DNA of 64,000 bases from Patescibacteria group bacterium. GTDB taxonomy: Bacteria > Patescibacteriota > Patescibacteriia > 2-12-FULL-57-11. A model generated the notes under the pieces. That model saw nothing but the letters and a program-made list of their open reading frames with translations. It had not been told where the DNA came from and made no database searches. The translations under genes were made by a program, and so were the position numbers. Position 1 is the first letter of the stretch, and each line of letters opens with the position of its first letter. The stretch lies in the NCBI GenBank assembly GCA_004297205.1, contig SCUL01000002.1, positions 381,418 to 445,417 on the forward strand, given 5' to 3'. Shown here piece by piece: positions 30,202 through 39,437 of this stretch.

Positions 30202-31773
30202 TTAGCGGCGATGTCCACGGCCGCCGCGGTTGCCGCCGCCGCTGCGATTGTTGCGCCCGCCGCGATTGCCGCCGCGGCCGCCCGGTCGTGCGCCGGGCGC
30301 CGGACCGATGGGACGGCGCGTTTCCCAAAAGGCGCCGGTGCCGGGAATCGTCATGTCGATCTGGGGCGGTTGCTGTTCCGCCCCGCCGTGGCGGGGCCGC
30401 TGGTCGGCGCCGTAGCGCCGCTCGCCGCCGGGACGACCCGAGCCGAACTGCGGCTTGCGTTTGCCGCGCAGCGTGCCGGGCATGAAGCCCCAGCTCTCGT
30501 CCGGCGGACCGGACGGGGTCTGGCCGCGCCGGAATCCCTGGGACCCCGGACGCTGCGGAGCACCCATGTCGGAGCGGTGCGTCGGCGCCATCGGGCGTTG
30601 CTGGAACCGGCGTTGCTGCCGGTCGGGAGGCATGGCGGATGCGCCCGCGGAGGCCTGCAGGCCCTCGGGAAGCGGCGCGACGGGAATCTGCTGGCGGATC
30701 AAGCGCTCGATGGGCCCGAGCAGCTTGCGCTGGTCCGGCGCCACAAAGCTCGTAGCCCGTCCGGTCGCCGCGGCGCGCGCCGTGCGCCCAATGCGGTGGA
30801 CGTAGTCCTCGGCCACGGACGGCAAGTCGAAGTTCACGATATGCGCGATGTTGGCGACGTCGATCCCGCGGGCGGCGATGTCAGTGGCCACCAGGACGCG
30901 GTGCTTGCCTGTTTTGAATCCTTCGAGCGCGCGCAGGCGCTGGTTCAGCGAACGGTTGGAGTGGATGCGCTCGACCTTGTGGCCGGCGTTTGCGATGAGC
31001 CGGGCCACCTTGTCGGCGCGGTGCTTGGTGCGCGTGAAGACGAGCACCGTCCCCGGTTCCTCACCGAGCAACCAAAGCAAAAGCGGCACCTTCATCTTGT
31101 CGTCGGCGAAGAAGATACGCTGCGTCACGCCTTCGGCCGTGGTGCCGGTGCGGGCGATTTCGACGCGCACCGGGTCGTGCAACTGCTGGTTGGCGAGCTG
31201 CGCGACTTCCGGAAGCATGGTCGCCGAAAAGAGCATCGTCTGGCGCTGCTTGGGGAGCGCGGAGAAGATGCGGCGGATCTGCGGCCAGAAGCCCATGTCG
31301 AGCATGCGGTCGGCTTCGTCGAGCACGACCATTTCGAGCTTCGACATGTCCGTGGTGCGCCGCTCCAGGTGGTCGATGAGCCGTCCCGGCGTGGCGATGA
31401 CGATGCTGACCCCGGAGCGCAACGCGGCCGTCTGCGGATTCATGCCGGCGCCGCCGATGATGACGGCGCGGCGCAACGGCACGCCCTTGGCAAGTTTGGC
31501 GAGCGTCTCATCGATCTGGAGCGCGAGTTCGCGCGTCGGTGCAAGAATCAGCCCGACCGTCCCCTTCTTGCCAGCGAGACGCATGAGCATCGGCAGGGCG
31601 AAGGCGGCGGTCTTGCCGGTGCCGGTCTGGGCGATGCCCACCACGTCACGGCCGAGCATGCCCGGCGGGATGGCCTGGGCCTGGATCGGCGTGGGTGCTT
31701 CGTAGCCGGCGGCCGCGATGTTCTTCAGGAGCAAGTCCGGAAGACCCAATTCAGAAAACGATTGTGGATGCAT
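30202..31773 (-). CDS. DEAD-box RNA helicase (RhlE-like) with RGG-rich tail
   Basis: Q motif PTPIQ, AQTGTGKT, PTRELA, TPGRL, DEAD, SAT, ARGID, HRIGRTAR. Confidence 0.95.
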   Translation of the reverse strand: MHPQSFSELGLPDLLLKNIAAAGYEAPTPIQAQAIPPGMLGRDVVGIAQTGTGKTAAFALPMLMRLAGKKGTVGLILAPTRELALQIDETLAKLAKGVPLRRAVIIGGAGMNPQTAALRSGVSIVIATPGRLIDHLERRTTDMSKLEMVVLDEADRMLDMGFWPQIRRIFSALPKQRQTMLFSATMLPEVAQLANQQLHDPVRVEIARTGTTAEGVTQRIFFADDKMKVPLLLWLLGEEPGTVLVFTRTKHRADKVARLIANAGHKVERIHSNRSLNQRLRALEGFKTGKHRVLVATDIAARGIDVANIAHIVNFDLPSVAEDYVHRIGRTARAAATGRATSFVAPDQRKLLGPIERLIRQQIPVAPLPEGLQASAGASAMPPDRQQRRFQQRPMAPTHRSDMGAPQRPGSQGFRRGQTPSGPPDESWGFMPGTLRGKRKPQFGSGRPGGERRYGADQRPRHGGAEQQPPQIDMTIPGTGAFWETRRPIGPAPGARPGGRGGNRGGRNNRSGGGNRGGRGHRR

Positions 31774-32040
31774 GAAAGAAAATTACACGTCAGGAACCAA
31801 AAGGCCCCATGACTCGAACTGATACTGGTTTCGGCGAAATGCCAAGTGGGTGCCCGCATCCGGCGTCCAAGGACGACGGACAGGAAGGCGCGGTGGATTC
31901 CCCGTGAGGCGGGGACCGCATCCCTTGCGCGAGCCGGCCCGGCCGAACCCGGAGGCTTGGTCGGAGAGACCGCGGAAAGGGACTCCCATGAAGTAGGGTT
32001 GTCCCGAAACCAATGCCAGAGAGCGCATGAGGCTGTCCCT

Positions 32041-32069
32041 AACATAGCCCGAATACCGCGCTTTGTCCA
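32041..32069 (-). promoter_or_regulatory. promoter for helicase with about 260-nt leader
   Basis: TGGACA-N17-TATGTT. Confidence 0.55.
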
Positions 32070-32103
32070 GATAAAAAAGGGACGCCCGATGTGAACGGTG
32101 CCC

Positions 32104-32793
32104 CTATTCGGCATCGCTTGCGAACAAGCCTGCGCGCTGCAGATACGCGAGCAACTCCTCATACGTTGCCACATCGCCCTTCTGCTGATAGGCCAAGATG
32201 CGCTGATACTCTGTCGCCGTAGCATCGGAGAGAGTGGCGCCTGCGTAGTGGTTGGCGTTCGTCCCACTCAGCGTCCCAGCCAAACGCCGTGGTGCACTCC
32301 AAGGATAGACGCGTGGCACAGGCCCCGCCTCGCGCCAGTCGAGGAGCAGGCGTGCCAACGTCAGGTAGGCCCGCGGCAGATGCCAGTCCGTCACGACCAG
32401 ATAGAGAGTGATGCGCTGACGGGCTGGTGCAGCTGCGTAGAGACGGCTGCACAGCGCCTGCGTGTTCTGCGACTGGACTAACGCATTCTCCCCGTTCTCA
32501 TCGATCTCGACCGACGGCGGACGCGGCAGATGCGCCAGCCGAGCGACGAGTTCTCCGTGCGCGGGAAGATCTCCCCGCGCACGTTCCGCGGCGTTGATGC
32601 CCGCAAGGTACAGCATCCCCGTGTACGTGCATTGCGCGAGGGCGATGCCGGCCTCGACGCGCTCGCGCTCGCCAACCCCGGGATAGACGACGATCGCGTC
32701 GATGGCACGACCCTCCTGTACTCGCACGCGACCGGCCGTCGCGAGCGTGCTCATGAGCACCGAAGCACGAAAGAACGATTCGCATCGATCCAC
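32104..32793 (-). CDS. YdcF/DUF218-like hypothetical protein
   Basis: AIVVYPG, ENALVQ, VVTDWHLPRAYL; AGGAGG SD before GTG; promoter TTGACG-N17-TATAGC at 32812-32840. Confidence 0.6.
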   Translation of the reverse strand: MDRCESFFRASVLMSTLATAGRVRVQEGRAIDAIVVYPGVGERERVEAGIALAQCTYTGMLYLAGINAAERARGDLPAHGELVARLAHLPRPPSVEIDENGENALVQSQNTQALCSRLYAAAPARQRITLYLVVTDWHLPRAYLTLARLLLDWREAGPVPRVYPWSAPRRLAGTLSGTNANHYAGATLSDATATEYQRILAYQQKGDVATYEELLAYLQRAGLFASDAE

Positions 32794-32842
32794 CCGGCAC
32801 CTCCTGGCCGAGCTATAACAGAAATACGCCGGGGCGTCAATC

Positions 32843-34834
32843 CTACTTGGTCTTCTTCACGAGCGTACCATCCCAGTCGGCGGGAGGGGATTCTTCCAAG
32901 AATTGTTCGCAACGGGCGATGTAATTCTGGAGGGAGACGTCCTCGGGCTTCACATGTGCCATGGCATGGAAGGCGTCCCGCGCCTCCGTGAACTTTCGCG
33001 CGAGGTAGAGATCACGCGCCGCGGCAAAATGCTTCACGAACATCTTCTGGGCGTCCGTCGCGTCGTCCGCGCCGCAGACCACCTCAAAGATGTCGATCGG
33101 CTCCTTCTTGCCTTTGACGGCCACGCGGTCGAGCGGACGCAGAAGATAGCCGTGGCCGATCAGCTTCTTGGTGCTCTCGGAGACGATGATCTCCGTGCCG
33201 TAATCCTTGTTCAGCCCCTCGAGGCGCGAACCGAGGTTCACGGCGTCGCCCATCACGGTGTAGTCGAAGCGGTTCTTGGAGCCCATGTTGCCGACGACCA
33301 TCGGTCCCGAGTTCACGCCGATGCCGAGCTTCAAAGTCACGCCTTCCGGAAAGGCGCCGCCGGCGTTCATCTCCACGAGGCGCGTGCGCATGGCAAGTCC
33401 CGTTTCCACGGCGTGCATGGCGTGCTGCGCGTCGTCGTAGGGCGCGCCCCAGAAGGCCATGATGGCGTCGCCCATGTACTTGTCGAGCACGCCCTCATGC
33501 GCGAAGACGAGTCCGGTCATCACGTCGAGGTACGTGTTGAGCACGGCCACAAGCTCTTCCGGAGAAAGTTTTTCCGAAATGGAGGTGAAGCCGCGCAGGT
33601 CGGAAAAGAGCACCGTCATCTCGCGGCGTTCACCGCCCAGCTCAAGCTTCTCCGGATGCGCCATGAGGTCGCGCACCACGGCGCCCGAGACGTAGCGCTC
33701 AAGCACGGTGCGGGTGCGCAAACGTTCCGCCTTTTCCCGGAAGGTGCGCTCGGCCATGGTCGCGCCGGAAGCGAACGCCAAGGCCAGCGGCGGATAGAAC
33801 AGGTCGCCGACAATGCCGACGTCAAACAGGGCGAACGTCGCCAAACCGTAGAGGCCGAACGTGCCACCGACGATCAGCCAGGCCGTGCGCAGCCGCAGGC
33901 GCAGCATGGCCGCGGCGGCGATGGCGCAAAATAAGACGATGAGGATATCGCGCGCCGCCGCGGGCAGATCGCGCAGGTTCCGCCCGGACAGTTCCGTGGC
34001 GATGGCGTTGGCGTGCACTTCGATCCCGGGCATCGGGTCGCGCTTGGCCGTCGGCGTGGTCAGGACGTCGTGCAGGTCCGGCGCGGTGGCGCCCACCAGC
34101 ACGATGGCATCCCTGAACATCGCCGGATCGACGCGGTCGTTGATGACGTCGGCGAACGGAATGGTGCGGAAGGTCCCTTTCGGCCCCGCGTAGTTCACGA
34201 TGAAGGAGCCTTCCGTCTGCGAGAGTTCGCGTCCCGGAAAGGCGGTTTCGAACACGGCGCGGAACATCGGCCGGTTGCGCTCGACGGAGACGCCACGCAC
34301 GGTCAGCGGCACGCGGCGGAAAACGCCGTCGGCGTCCGGGGGCGTGTTCACGAACCCGAGCGGCGCAACGGCAGTGAGCTCCGGGATGGGCACGATCGGC
34401 CGGACCGCGAACGGCGACGTCTCCCCCGCGGTCTTCACGAAGGTCGCCTCGAGCGGCAGGACGACGTTGCCCGCCTCGCGCAATGCCGCGGCGAGCTTGG
34501 CGTCGTCGGCGCAGGCAGCGCCGGTCTCCCCTGCCGCACAGGTCGGTTCCGGAAAATTCACGTCGTAGCCCACGGCCTTTGCCCCGGCCTCGGTCAGTTT
34601 CTCGATCAGCGCGACGTGGACGCTGCGCCGCCAGGGGAAGCGGCCGATCTCGCGGATCGAGGCGTCGTCGATGGCCACGATCACGATATTCGCCGGCGGT
34701 TCATACCCGATGAACAACGCGTCGGAAAGCAAACCGCGCGCGGACTGGAAGAATCCGAGGCGCGCGCTCGCAACCAACACCGCCGCGAGGGCGGCGGTGA
34801 AGAGGACGGCGCGCAGCGGGCCGAGGCGCGACAT
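32843..34834 (-). CDS. CHASE2-domain class III adenylate/guanylate cyclase
   Basis: IVIVAIDD..GRFPWRR, DADGVFRR, PGIEVHANA, three TMs, FSDLRGFTSISE, DKYMGDAIMAFWG, GDAVNLGSRLEG. Confidence 0.93.
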   Translation of the reverse strand: MSRLGPLRAVLFTAALAAVLVASARLGFFQSARGLLSDALFIGYEPPANIVIVAIDDASIREIGRFPWRRSVHVALIEKLTEAGAKAVGYDVNFPEPTCAAGETGAACADDAKLAAALREAGNVVLPLEATFVKTAGETSPFAVRPIVPIPELTAVAPLGFVNTPPDADGVFRRVPLTVRGVSVERNRPMFRAVFETAFPGRELSQTEGSFIVNYAGPKGTFRTIPFADVINDRVDPAMFRDAIVLVGATAPDLHDVLTTPTAKRDPMPGIEVHANAIATELSGRNLRDLPAAARDILIVLFCAIAAAAMLRLRLRTAWLIVGGTFGLYGLATFALFDVGIVGDLFYPPLALAFASGATMAERTFREKAERLRTRTVLERYVSGAVVRDLMAHPEKLELGGERREMTVLFSDLRGFTSISEKLSPEELVAVLNTYLDVMTGLVFAHEGVLDKYMGDAIMAFWGAPYDDAQHAMHAVETGLAMRTRLVEMNAGGAFPEGVTLKLGIGVNSGPMVVGNMGSKNRFDYTVMGDAVNLGSRLEGLNKDYGTEIIVSESTKKLIGHGYLLRPLDRVAVKGKKEPIDIFEVVCGADDATDAQKMFVKHFAAARDLYLARKFTEARDAFHAMAHVKPEDVSLQNYIARCEQFLEESPPADWDGTLVKKTK

Positions 34835-34838
34835 GGAA

Positions 34839-36755
34839 TTACGGGCCGACCGAGACGCTGGCCGTGCCGGAGACGGTCGTGCCTTCGGTGTAGCCGGCGG
34901 TGACGACCGTCGATTGCGCCTGATACTGGTAGCTCACCTGGAAAACGTTGCCGGTGAGCGTCCCGGCCGCCGGGTTGGAATGCGACCAGGTTGCCTGTCC
35001 GGTCACGTCCTTCGTCGAACCGTCGCTGTAGTGGGCGGTGGCGCTGAAGGCCTGCTGCTGTCCGCTGCGCAACGAAACCGAACCCGGTGCGACCGTCACG
35101 CTTTGGAGCGTGGCCTGGACGGGCGCCTGTTGGATCGTCCGCACGCTGTAACCGCCGGTCAGCCCGGAGTACAGGGCGCGCACCGTGGCGCTGCCGACCG
35201 CCGAGGTCGTGAGATTGCCGCGCGTCAGCGTGCCGATGGGGTCGCCGACCAGTTCCCACTGCGCCGAGGTCGTGACGTCCTGGGTCGAACCGTCGCTCAT
35301 GGTGAGGACTGCCCGGAACTGTTGCGAATCCGGCACGTTCATGAGCGTGCGGGTGCCGATGACGGCAAGCGACTGAGCGGTTGGTCCGACTGCCGGGACG
35401 TTGGTGTTGGTATTCGTCGGCAGGTTCGTGTTGGTGGTGACCGGCGCGTTGACATTGCTGTTGGCGTTCAGATTCGTGTTCGTCACGGGAAGATTCTCGT
35501 CGACCGCGGTGGACTCCGTGGTCGTCGCGTTTTCGACGCGCAGCGCGTCGAGCGGACGGAAGCGGAACGGCGCCGTGCCAAAGGCCTCCGGGTCCATGGC
35601 CTTGAGCGCGGACAACATGCCGTCCATTTCGGAGCGCTCGCCGAGGATGCGGTCGCGCAGCGCCTCGGGAATCTGCACGCCTTCGCCGTTCATGGCGGCG
35701 ATGAGCATGCGGTGCTCGGCCATGCGGCCGACCATTTGCTTGATCACGGTGCGCACTTTGGGCGGTTCCACCTTCCCTGCACCGATCTCCCGCTGCACGT
35801 TCCGGAAGCCGTCGAGGTAGCGGGACCAGGCCCGCGTCGCGGCGTCCATCTTGCCGGCGCGCGCCAAAAGCACGGTTTCCGCAAAACGACGGTCTTCATA
35901 GGACATGCGGAGTACCCGGCGGACGTCGGGGTCCGTGGTCAGCGCCAGACGGAGACGTTCGCCGAAACTCTGCAGTGCGTGACCCGGCGTTCCCGGCAGG
36001 GTGCGCGCGGCGTCGGAAAGGATCCGTTCGCGCTGTTGCTTCACATGATTCAAAAACTGTTCGTCCGCCGCCTGGTTCTTGCGGAACCACGCCGAGGTGC
36101 GGAAGCGCTCGGCCATGGCGCGGCGTACCATCTTCTCCGCGGCGGGCGCGCCGCCTTTTTTGGCCATCCAGGCCTCCTCGCCGGAACGGACGTCCTGCCA
36201 CGCCGGTTCCACCGGCGTCGCCGGCGCGCGGGCCGTGCCGACGAGCCCCTCGACGACCTGCACGACGTCGCCGTCCGGACTCGAAACGTCGGTCACGAAT
36301 GCCGTGCCGCGCACCGTGGCGACGACGGTCGAGGACTGCACGCTGAAGCTCGCGTCGCGGTCGAGCAGCTTCACGACGCGCGACCAGACGCGCCCGGCAG
36401 TGACGGCGAGCGTGATCCGGGTGCTGGCATGATTGTCGCCGTCAACGACGAGCTCGCGCACCACGACTTCGCTGTTCTCGTCGAGCCGCGCCGTGGCGCC
36501 GTCGAAAAAGTTGACCGTGGCCTGGCTCTTGGCGTTGGTCTTGATCTGGTCGCCCTCGCCGAGCGCCGCGTCGGCGGCGACCGGCTCCCAGGATCCGGCG
36601 CCGTGCCGGAGGAACGCTTCCCCTTCGTCGACCGTCACGGTCGCGACCGGCGCGCCGCGCTCGGCAGGCGCCGACAGGGCCCAGGCATTGAGCCCGCCCA
36701 CCACGGCTAGCACGAGGACGACGACGAAAACCGCGAGGAAGGTGCGTTTTTTCAT
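34839..36755 (-). CDS. exported FecR-domain protein with helical linker and two C-terminal Ig-like repeats
   Basis: Signal/anchor; LGEGDQIKT, DGATARLDENS, VATVRGTAF; Asn/Thr linker; twice Q(Q/A)F.A...SDGST.DVT..A.W. Confidence 0.8.
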   Translation of the reverse strand: MKKRTFLAVFVVVLVLAVVGGLNAWALSAPAERGAPVATVTVDEGEAFLRHGAGSWEPVAADAALGEGDQIKTNAKSQATVNFFDGATARLDENSEVVVRELVVDGDNHASTRITLAVTAGRVWSRVVKLLDRDASFSVQSSTVVATVRGTAFVTDVSSPDGDVVQVVEGLVGTARAPATPVEPAWQDVRSGEEAWMAKKGGAPAAEKMVRRAMAERFRTSAWFRKNQAADEQFLNHVKQQRERILSDAARTLPGTPGHALQSFGERLRLALTTDPDVRRVLRMSYEDRRFAETVLLARAGKMDAATRAWSRYLDGFRNVQREIGAGKVEPPKVRTVIKQMVGRMAEHRMLIAAMNGEGVQIPEALRDRILGERSEMDGMLSALKAMDPEAFGTAPFRFRPLDALRVENATTTESTAVDENLPVTNTNLNANSNVNAPVTTNTNLPTNTNTNVPAVGPTAQSLAVIGTRTLMNVPDSQQFRAVLTMSDGSTQDVTTSAQWELVGDPIGTLTRGNLTTSAVGSATVRALYSGLTGGYSVRTIQQAPVQATLQSVTVAPGSVSLRSGQQQAFSATAHYSDGSTKDVTGQATWSHSNPAAGTLTGNVFQVSYQYQAQSTVVTAGYTEGTTVSGTASVSVGP

Positions 36756-36832
36756 ACGCGGGACATGCTAGCAGAAAGGGGAGGAATAAAAAAGACGGCC
36801 CGGGGTCCTGATACGGACCTGGGGCCGCGGCA

Positions 36833-38137
36833 TTACCCGCCGGCGAGCACCTGGGCGTCGATGTCGGGATTCGCCCAGTCGACGCCGAAGATCTCCGCCG
36901 GATTCAGCATCGGGAGCACCTCCCGCGCCCGACGCCGTTCGTACTGCTTGTGGTTGATCGGTTTCTTGGACAGCCGGGAGCGGGCATAGTTCTCGAAGGC
37001 ATGAAACTGCCCCTCAAACTTGTACCCGTCGTAGGTGAAATTCACGTTGATCACCCGGTAGCCCTTGTCCGAGATGGGATTGCCGCCTTCGCCGCCCCGG
37101 CGCGTGTCCTTCATGCTGCTCACGGAACCGACCATCGGGAAGACCTCTTCGGCGAGCCGTTGGATGCCCAGGCCGAGTTCGCACTCGTCCCGGAACACCA
37201 TCTGGAAGCGGAACAGGTCGGGCAGCTTGAGCGGATCGGTGATCTTCTGGTCCATCATCTTGAAGAGCACCGCATCGGGCTTCTTCTGGCCGGGGTCGAA
37301 GAACACCGGCAGCTGGCGGCCGAAGCGGTCCTTGAAGTACCGGCACGGCATGGGCACGGGGACGAATTCCCCGGGCGCGGCCGCTTCCTGCGGACCCAGC
37401 ACGCGCAGCGGGTCGCCGGTCTCACGGTCGACGGCGACGCGGACCGTAAACTGCCGCTCCGCGCCGGGCGTGAAGAACCGCTCCACCAACACGTCGGTGA
37501 TGAACTTCTCGAACGGCCGGCCTGCCGTGATGTCCTGCAGCGTGTGCCAGATGTGGAACAGACGCTCGCCGAGCACCAGGTCGCGCCGCATCGAGAACAG
37601 CCGCATCCGCAGCATGTAATCGCGCGGATCGCCGGGGTCGAGACCCAACGACGGCGTCTCCTTGATCTCCATCATGATCTCGACCGGATCGACCTTCGTC
37701 TCGAGCGTCCCCTCCGAGGTGAACGGCGCCCGGAAGATTTCCGGGATGAACCGCTGGTTGTACTCGACGACGGCGTTGCGCGCCGTCTTCAGGGTCTCTC
37801 CCATCAGATCGTAGAGCCCGTCGTCGTCGAGACCGCCGTCGACGCGGTAGGTCTGCCGGATGCGCCGGGCCAGGAGGCGCGGCCGTTCCTTCTCCGGCAG
37901 CGCCGCGAGGTGCGTCAGCAGGTTGGTGTAGGCCCGCTGCTTGTACAGGTACGAGGCGGAGACGCACTCGCCGCGGTCCCCGAGCTGGCGCATGTAGGCG
38001 CGCAGCCCTTCCGCCGTCACCGGCCAGATCGGGTGCAGGTCTTCGTATCCGGGCGTGTCGACGGCACACAGGTGCGGTCGCACGCGTTTGGGGCGGAACT
38101 CCCGCGGTTCATCGAAGCGCGGAAGCTCCTCGTTCAT
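36833..38137 (-). CDS. RelA/SpoT-like nucleotidyltransferase (TIGR04552-like)
   Basis: K..AVLFKM, LPDLFRFQMV, NPISDKGYRVINV, FEGQF, NHKQYE parallel RSH synthetase motifs. Confidence 0.6.
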   Translation of the reverse strand: MNEELPRFDEPREFRPKRVRPHLCAVDTPGYEDLHPIWPVTAEGLRAYMRQLGDRGECVSASYLYKQRAYTNLLTHLAALPEKERPRLLARRIRQTYRVDGGLDDDGLYDLMGETLKTARNAVVEYNQRFIPEIFRAPFTSEGTLETKVDPVEIMMEIKETPSLGLDPGDPRDYMLRMRLFSMRRDLVLGERLFHIWHTLQDITAGRPFEKFITDVLVERFFTPGAERQFTVRVAVDRETGDPLRVLGPQEAAAPGEFVPVPMPCRYFKDRFGRQLPVFFDPGQKKPDAVLFKMMDQKITDPLKLPDLFRFQMVFRDECELGLGIQRLAEEVFPMVGSVSSMKDTRRGGEGGNPISDKGYRVINVNFTYDGYKFEGQFHAFENYARSRLSKKPINHKQYERRRAREVLPMLNPAEIFGVDWANPDIDAQVLAGG

Positions 38138-38226
38138 CTCGGTCACGTCTTCCTTTCCCCCGGCACACCGCGTGCCGGGAAGGGCGGAACGTAGCAGAAA
38201 AAAAAGAGAGCGGCAAGCCCCGCGGC

Positions 38227-38742
38227 CTACCGCGCCGGCGTCGTGCGAACGCCGAAGAAGATGAGCTTCTGTGCCCCGTTCTCGCCGTCGGTCACGGCGA
38301 TGTCGAACCACAGGTCGCCCTGGTGGTGCGGCAGCAGGCGCCGCCCGGCGTCGATCACCGCGAACACCGCCTGGTTGTGCAGCGCCCCGAGATTGACCAG
38401 CTCGCCATCTGTGTTGACGACCTTGAGCACGTGCACGTCCTTGCCCGTGATCCGGCAGTGCACCTGCGGGTTGCAGCGCACCGGCAGGCGCACCTCGATC
38501 ACCGTCTCCTCCGGGTGGTCTCCGCTGCGGAAGATGGCCCTGACGCGCTTCGTGACCCCGGACCCGAAACGCACGCCTTTCACGAGCAGCTCGGCGCCGC
38601 GGTGATTGATGCACAGCCGGGTGAAGGCTTCCTCACGCTCGACGCCGCGGGCGACTTTGCCCGGCGGCAACAGGCCGCTGTCCGCGAACAGCGCCCGGAA
38701 GGCGCGCCGCGATTCCACGGGATTCTCTCCGCTCTGGTTCAC
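38227..38742 (-). CDS. hypothetical protein
   Basis: 171-aa ORF, AGGAGAGGAG SD before GTG. Confidence 0.6.
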   Translation of the reverse strand: MNQSGENPVESRRAFRALFADSGLLPPGKVARGVEREEAFTRLCINHRGAELLVKGVRFGSGVTKRVRAIFRSGDHPEETVIEVRLPVRCNPQVHCRITGKDVHVLKVVNTDGELVNLGALHNQAVFAVIDAGRRLLPHHQGDLWFDIAVTDGENGAQKLIFFGVRTTPAR

Positions 38743-38899
38743 GATTTCTCCTCTCCTGGAACGAAAGGACCCCCGCAAGGCGGGGGTCCGGAAGTTCCTG
38801 ACGATGCGTTACGCAGCACGCACGGAACCGCGGACCCCGTTGCCGAGGACCTTCTTCGTGCTGATGAAGTGGTGGTTCCGTTGCTGCATACGTACGTCC

Positions 38900-38928
38900 A
38901 TCATAGGAAACGACAATGCCGGCGTCAA
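38900..38928 (-). promoter_or_regulatory. sigma70-type promoter
   Basis: TTGACG-N17-TATGAT. Confidence 0.7.
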
Positions 38929-38973
38929 GCGCCGACATTGTCGTACCGCACGGAATGGCAGTCGGAGGGTCGC

Positions 38974-39432
38974 TTATCCGTAGATGAAGTCGGCGTCGAT
39001 CTTCTTGTAGGCGAAGATTTCCTCGGGCGCAAAGAAGCGCTTGATCTCGACATCACCGTTTTCGGGCGAGTCGGAAGCGTGCACCAGGTTCATGGTACCC
39101 ATCGACATGTCGCCGCGGATCGAACCGGCCTCGGCCTCGTTGCCGAAGGTCTTGCCGACCAGGATGCGCACCGCGTTGACGCAGGCCGCACCCTCGAGCG
39201 CGATGACCACGACCGGTGCCGACTTCATGAACTTCTTGATGTCGCCAAAGAACGGTTTTTCCTTGAGGTGCGCGTAGTGCTCGTCGAGGTGAGCGTCGGA
39301 AAGCGAGATCATCTTCATGCCGATGATCTTGAGGCCCTTCAGTTCGAAGCGGCGGACGACCTCTCCCAGCAGGTTGCGCTGCAGGGCGTCCGGCTTGAGG
39401 ATGATGCACGTCCGTTCCATCATGTTCGGCAT
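38974..39432 (-). CDS. ndk: nucleoside diphosphate kinase
   Basis: ERTCIILKPDA, HYAHLKEKPFF, GSIRGD, NLVHASDS. Confidence 0.95.
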   Translation of the reverse strand: MPNMMERTCIILKPDALQRNLLGEVVRRFELKGLKIIGMKMISLSDAHLDEHYAHLKEKPFFGDIKKFMKSAPVVVIALEGAACVNAVRILVGKTFGNEAEAGSIRGDMSMGTMNLVHASDSPENGDVEIKRFFAPEEIFAYKKIDADFIYG

Positions 39433-39437
39433 ACGGA

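Noticed and set aside
31871-31884. 14-nt match CCTGTCCGTCGTCC shared (inverted) with 47030-47043
   Set aside because: Matches of this length are expected by chance in 64 kb of GC-rich DNA, and the flanks do not extend.
35380-35500. Asn/Thr-rich AAC-containing stretch as a second TR
   Set aside because: It is a low-complexity linker within the FecR protein with no partner repeat in the window.
38138-38614. N-terminal extension giving a 593-aa ORF (likewise the 532-aa ndk and 212-aa rpsL ORFs)
   Set aside because: The extensions overlap other genes in a different frame; better starts lie downstream.
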